Part shown: in pieces, positions 25,879 through 27,656 of the stretch
Layout: every line of letters begins with the position of its first letter
Numbering within the stretch: position 1 is the first letter of the stretch
Assembly: GCA_035540435.1 (NCBI GenBank)
Contig: DATLGQ010000003.1
Location: forward strand, 1 to 27,656
Length of the DNA: 27,656 nt
Direction: 5' to 3'
Source of the DNA: Fimbriimonadaceae bacterium
Lineage (GTDB): Bacteria; Armatimonadota; Fimbriimonadia; Fimbriimonadales; Fimbriimonadaceae
Translations under genes and position numbers: made by a program
Notes under the pieces: generated by a model
What the model saw: the letters and a program-made list of their open reading frames with translations, nothing else
Database searches by the model: none
Told to the model about the DNA's origin: nothing

Positions 25879-27534
25879 ATGAATCACCGGCTTTTGATTG
25901 CAGTTTTCGTCTCGATGCTGGCAGCAAGTGCGTCGGCCGGCATGCGGGCACAGCTCTTGATAAGTGGCCTGGTTCGTCCCGTCACGTTCGTACAAGACCC
26001 GGTCGACCCGACCGTCCAGTACGTCGTCGAGCAGCGCAGCGGCAACGTCGGACGCATCCGGGTCATCCAAGGCGGCGTCCTGCTGACGACGCCATTCTTG
26101 AGCATTTCGCCGGTGAGCACCGGGGGCGAGCAGGGTCTCCTGGGCCTCGCCTTTGCGCCTGACTACGCCACCAGCCGCCGCTTCTACGTTAACTATACGG
26201 ACTCCACGGGCGCCACCGTGATCGCGCGCTACTTGCGGTCCACCAGCAACCCGCTCGTCGCGGATGCCACCAGCGGCCAAACCGTCATGCAGTTCTCTCA
26301 ACCGTTCGCCAACCACAACGGCGGCAGCATGGAGTTCGGCCCGGACGGATACCTCTACATCGCCTCCGGCGACGGAGGGGACGCCAACGATCCCGGCGAC
26401 CGGGCGCAGAACCTGAACACGCTCCTGGGCAAGATTCTTCGCATCGACATCGACGGCGACGACTTTCCGGGCGACAGTCAACGCAACTACCGCATCCCGT
26501 CAAGCAACCCCTTCGCGACCGGCGGCGGGCTCCCCGAGATCTGGGCCTACGGCCTCCGCAATCCGTGGAAGATCACGTTCGACGTGCCCGAGTTTCTTGG
26601 GCGGGGCTCGATGTTCATCGGCGACGTCGGGCAAGACGCTCGGGAGGAGATCAGCTTCGGGCCGTTTGGGGCCGGCGGGCGGAACTATGGCTGGCGATGC
26701 ATGGAAGGCAACCTCCACACCGGGCTGCCGGGATGCACTCAAAGCCCGTTCGGAGTGCCGCCGATCTTTGACTACGACCGCTCCTTTGGCGCATCGATCA
26801 CGGGCGGCTACCTCTATCAGGGCCTGAAGCTGGGAGGCGCGATGTTCGGGCGCTACGTCTTCGCCGACTTCATCAGCGGGCGGGTGTTCTCGGTCGCGAT
26901 CCACTACCTGCCGAGCGGCGAAGCTACGGCATCCGACTTTCAAGAACACACCGCAGAGCTCGAAACGGGCGGGGACCTCGGATTGATCAGTGGGTTTGGC
27001 CGGGATGCCGACGGCGAGCTCTATGTCCTGAGCTACAGCGGAACCAATGGCCGGATCTGGAGAATCGAGCCGGACGGAGTCGTATGGCCGACCGACCGAA
27101 CGCTGCTTCAAGGTTCGTTCGGACTAGGCAGCCTTCGCTCGGTCCTCGTCGTGGACCGCAACACTCAGACCTTGAACCTCGAACAGGCTGCGGCTGACCG
27201 GTACACCGGCGCGTTCCTGCTGGGGCTCCAAACCGACAGGCCGAGCACTTCCAGCCTGCGCCTACGCATCGACGTGCAGAGTGACCGGAAGGCGCCAACC
27301 AAGCTGGAGGTCGCGTTCCGAGACTGGACGACCGGGCAAATGCGCGTCCTCGGCTCGTTCGACGTGACCTCGCGGGGCAGTGCGATTCACGTTCCGAGCT
27401 TTCCGGCAGCAGGGGTGATTCGTTCCGACGGCCGGATCGAGATGCGTCTTTTGGGAACCACGGTAGTGCCGCCGGGCGTTGATCCGGGGCGTCCGCGGGT
27501 GATGTTCGACCGGGTGCAGTTGGAAATCAATTAG
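25879..27534 (+). CDS. Secreted PQQ-dependent sugar dehydrogenase family (GSDH/sorbosone DH beta-propeller) protein with extra ~150-aa C-terminal domain
   Basis: Signal peptide; GEQGLLGLAFAPD, NHNGG.MEFGPDGYLYI..GDGG, LLGKILRID, EIWAYGLRNPW, DVGQ..REEI, NYGW, ITGG..Y, YVFADF, FGRD.DGELY; SD ggag before ATG 25879. Confidence 0.88.
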   Translation: MNHRLLIAVFVSMLAASASAGMRAQLLISGLVRPVTFVQDPVDPTVQYVVEQRSGNVGRIRVIQGGVLLTTPFLSISPVSTGGEQGLLGLAFAPDYATSRRFYVNYTDSTGATVIARYLRSTSNPLVADATSGQTVMQFSQPFANHNGGSMEFGPDGYLYIASGDGGDANDPGDRAQNLNTLLGKILRIDIDGDDFPGDSQRNYRIPSSNPFATGGGLPEIWAYGLRNPWKITFDVPEFLGRGSMFIGDVGQDAREEISFGPFGAGGRNYGWRCMEGNLHTGLPGCTQSPFGVPPIFDYDRSFGASITGGYLYQGLKLGGAMFGRYVFADFISGRVFSVAIHYLPSGEATASDFQEHTAELETGGDLGLISGFGRDADGELYVLSYSGTNGRIWRIEPDGVVWPTDRTLLQGSFGLGSLRSVLVVDRNTQTLNLEQAAADRYTGAFLLGLQTDRPSTSSLRLRIDVQSDRKAPTKLEVAFRDWTTGQMRVLGSFDVTSRGSAIHVPSFPAAGVIRSDGRIEMRLLGTTVVPPGVDPGRPRVMFDRVQLEIN

Positions 27535-27656
27535 GCGGCCGTCGCGGGACCGCAGTCAGCGGGCACTTGCGCGAGCCGAGACTCCAATTGAGCCCACGCG
27601 TCGAGCAACCGGAGCGCGGCTGCTTCGTTCCAGCGTCCGATGCTGCATTCCGCGAC
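27531..27656 (-). CDS. 3' end of an unidentified gene running off the window
   Basis: Open frame VAECSIGRWNEAAALRLLDAWAQLESRLAQVPADCGPATAA*, whose TAA overlaps the TAG of the dehydrogenase gene. Confidence 0.4.
   Translation of the reverse strand, partial: VAECSIGRWNEAAALRLLDAWAQLESRLAQVPADCGPATAA

Noticed and set aside
1-27656. CRISPR array, tRNA, rRNA
   Set aside because: No regularly spaced repeats or RNA-gene signatures; intergenic gaps are all under about 175 nt.

Overview
GC-rich (about 65% by eye), densely coding bacterial chromosome segment, mostly housekeeping. No rRNA, tRNA, CRISPR array, transposase or integrase was recognised. Gene content, left to right: a stand-alone C-terminal half of uvrA; a frameshifted secreted protein; a 47-aa HTH-like gene coupled to a CoiA-type nuclease; 7Fe ferredoxin; phosphodiester glycosidase-family protein; OsmC-like protein; ftsE-ftsX-M23 peptidase; GH2-like glycosidase; WD40 protein; a long minus-strand run (mutM, hypothetical, GT2, purC, lipB, membrane class III cyclase, 5'-3' exonuclease, ppc, glcF); small coiled-coil protein; CADD/PqqC-like protein; TPR protein; two paralogous lipoproteins; a PQQ-type sugar dehydrogenase with an extra C-terminal domain. 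Protein style suggests Armatimonadota (Fimbriimonadia-like), which is an inference and was not searched. Most interesting signals: (1) uvrA cut at the linker between its two ABC modules, with the C-half carrying its own -10-like element, a candidate split UvrA; (2) an 8-TM class III cyclase that keeps both metal-binding aspartates but has replaced base-specifying and transition-state residues; (3) an HTH-CoiA pair behind a long hairpin; (4) a tandem pair of unassigned lipoproteins; (5) a CTG start codon and many leaderless-looking genes.
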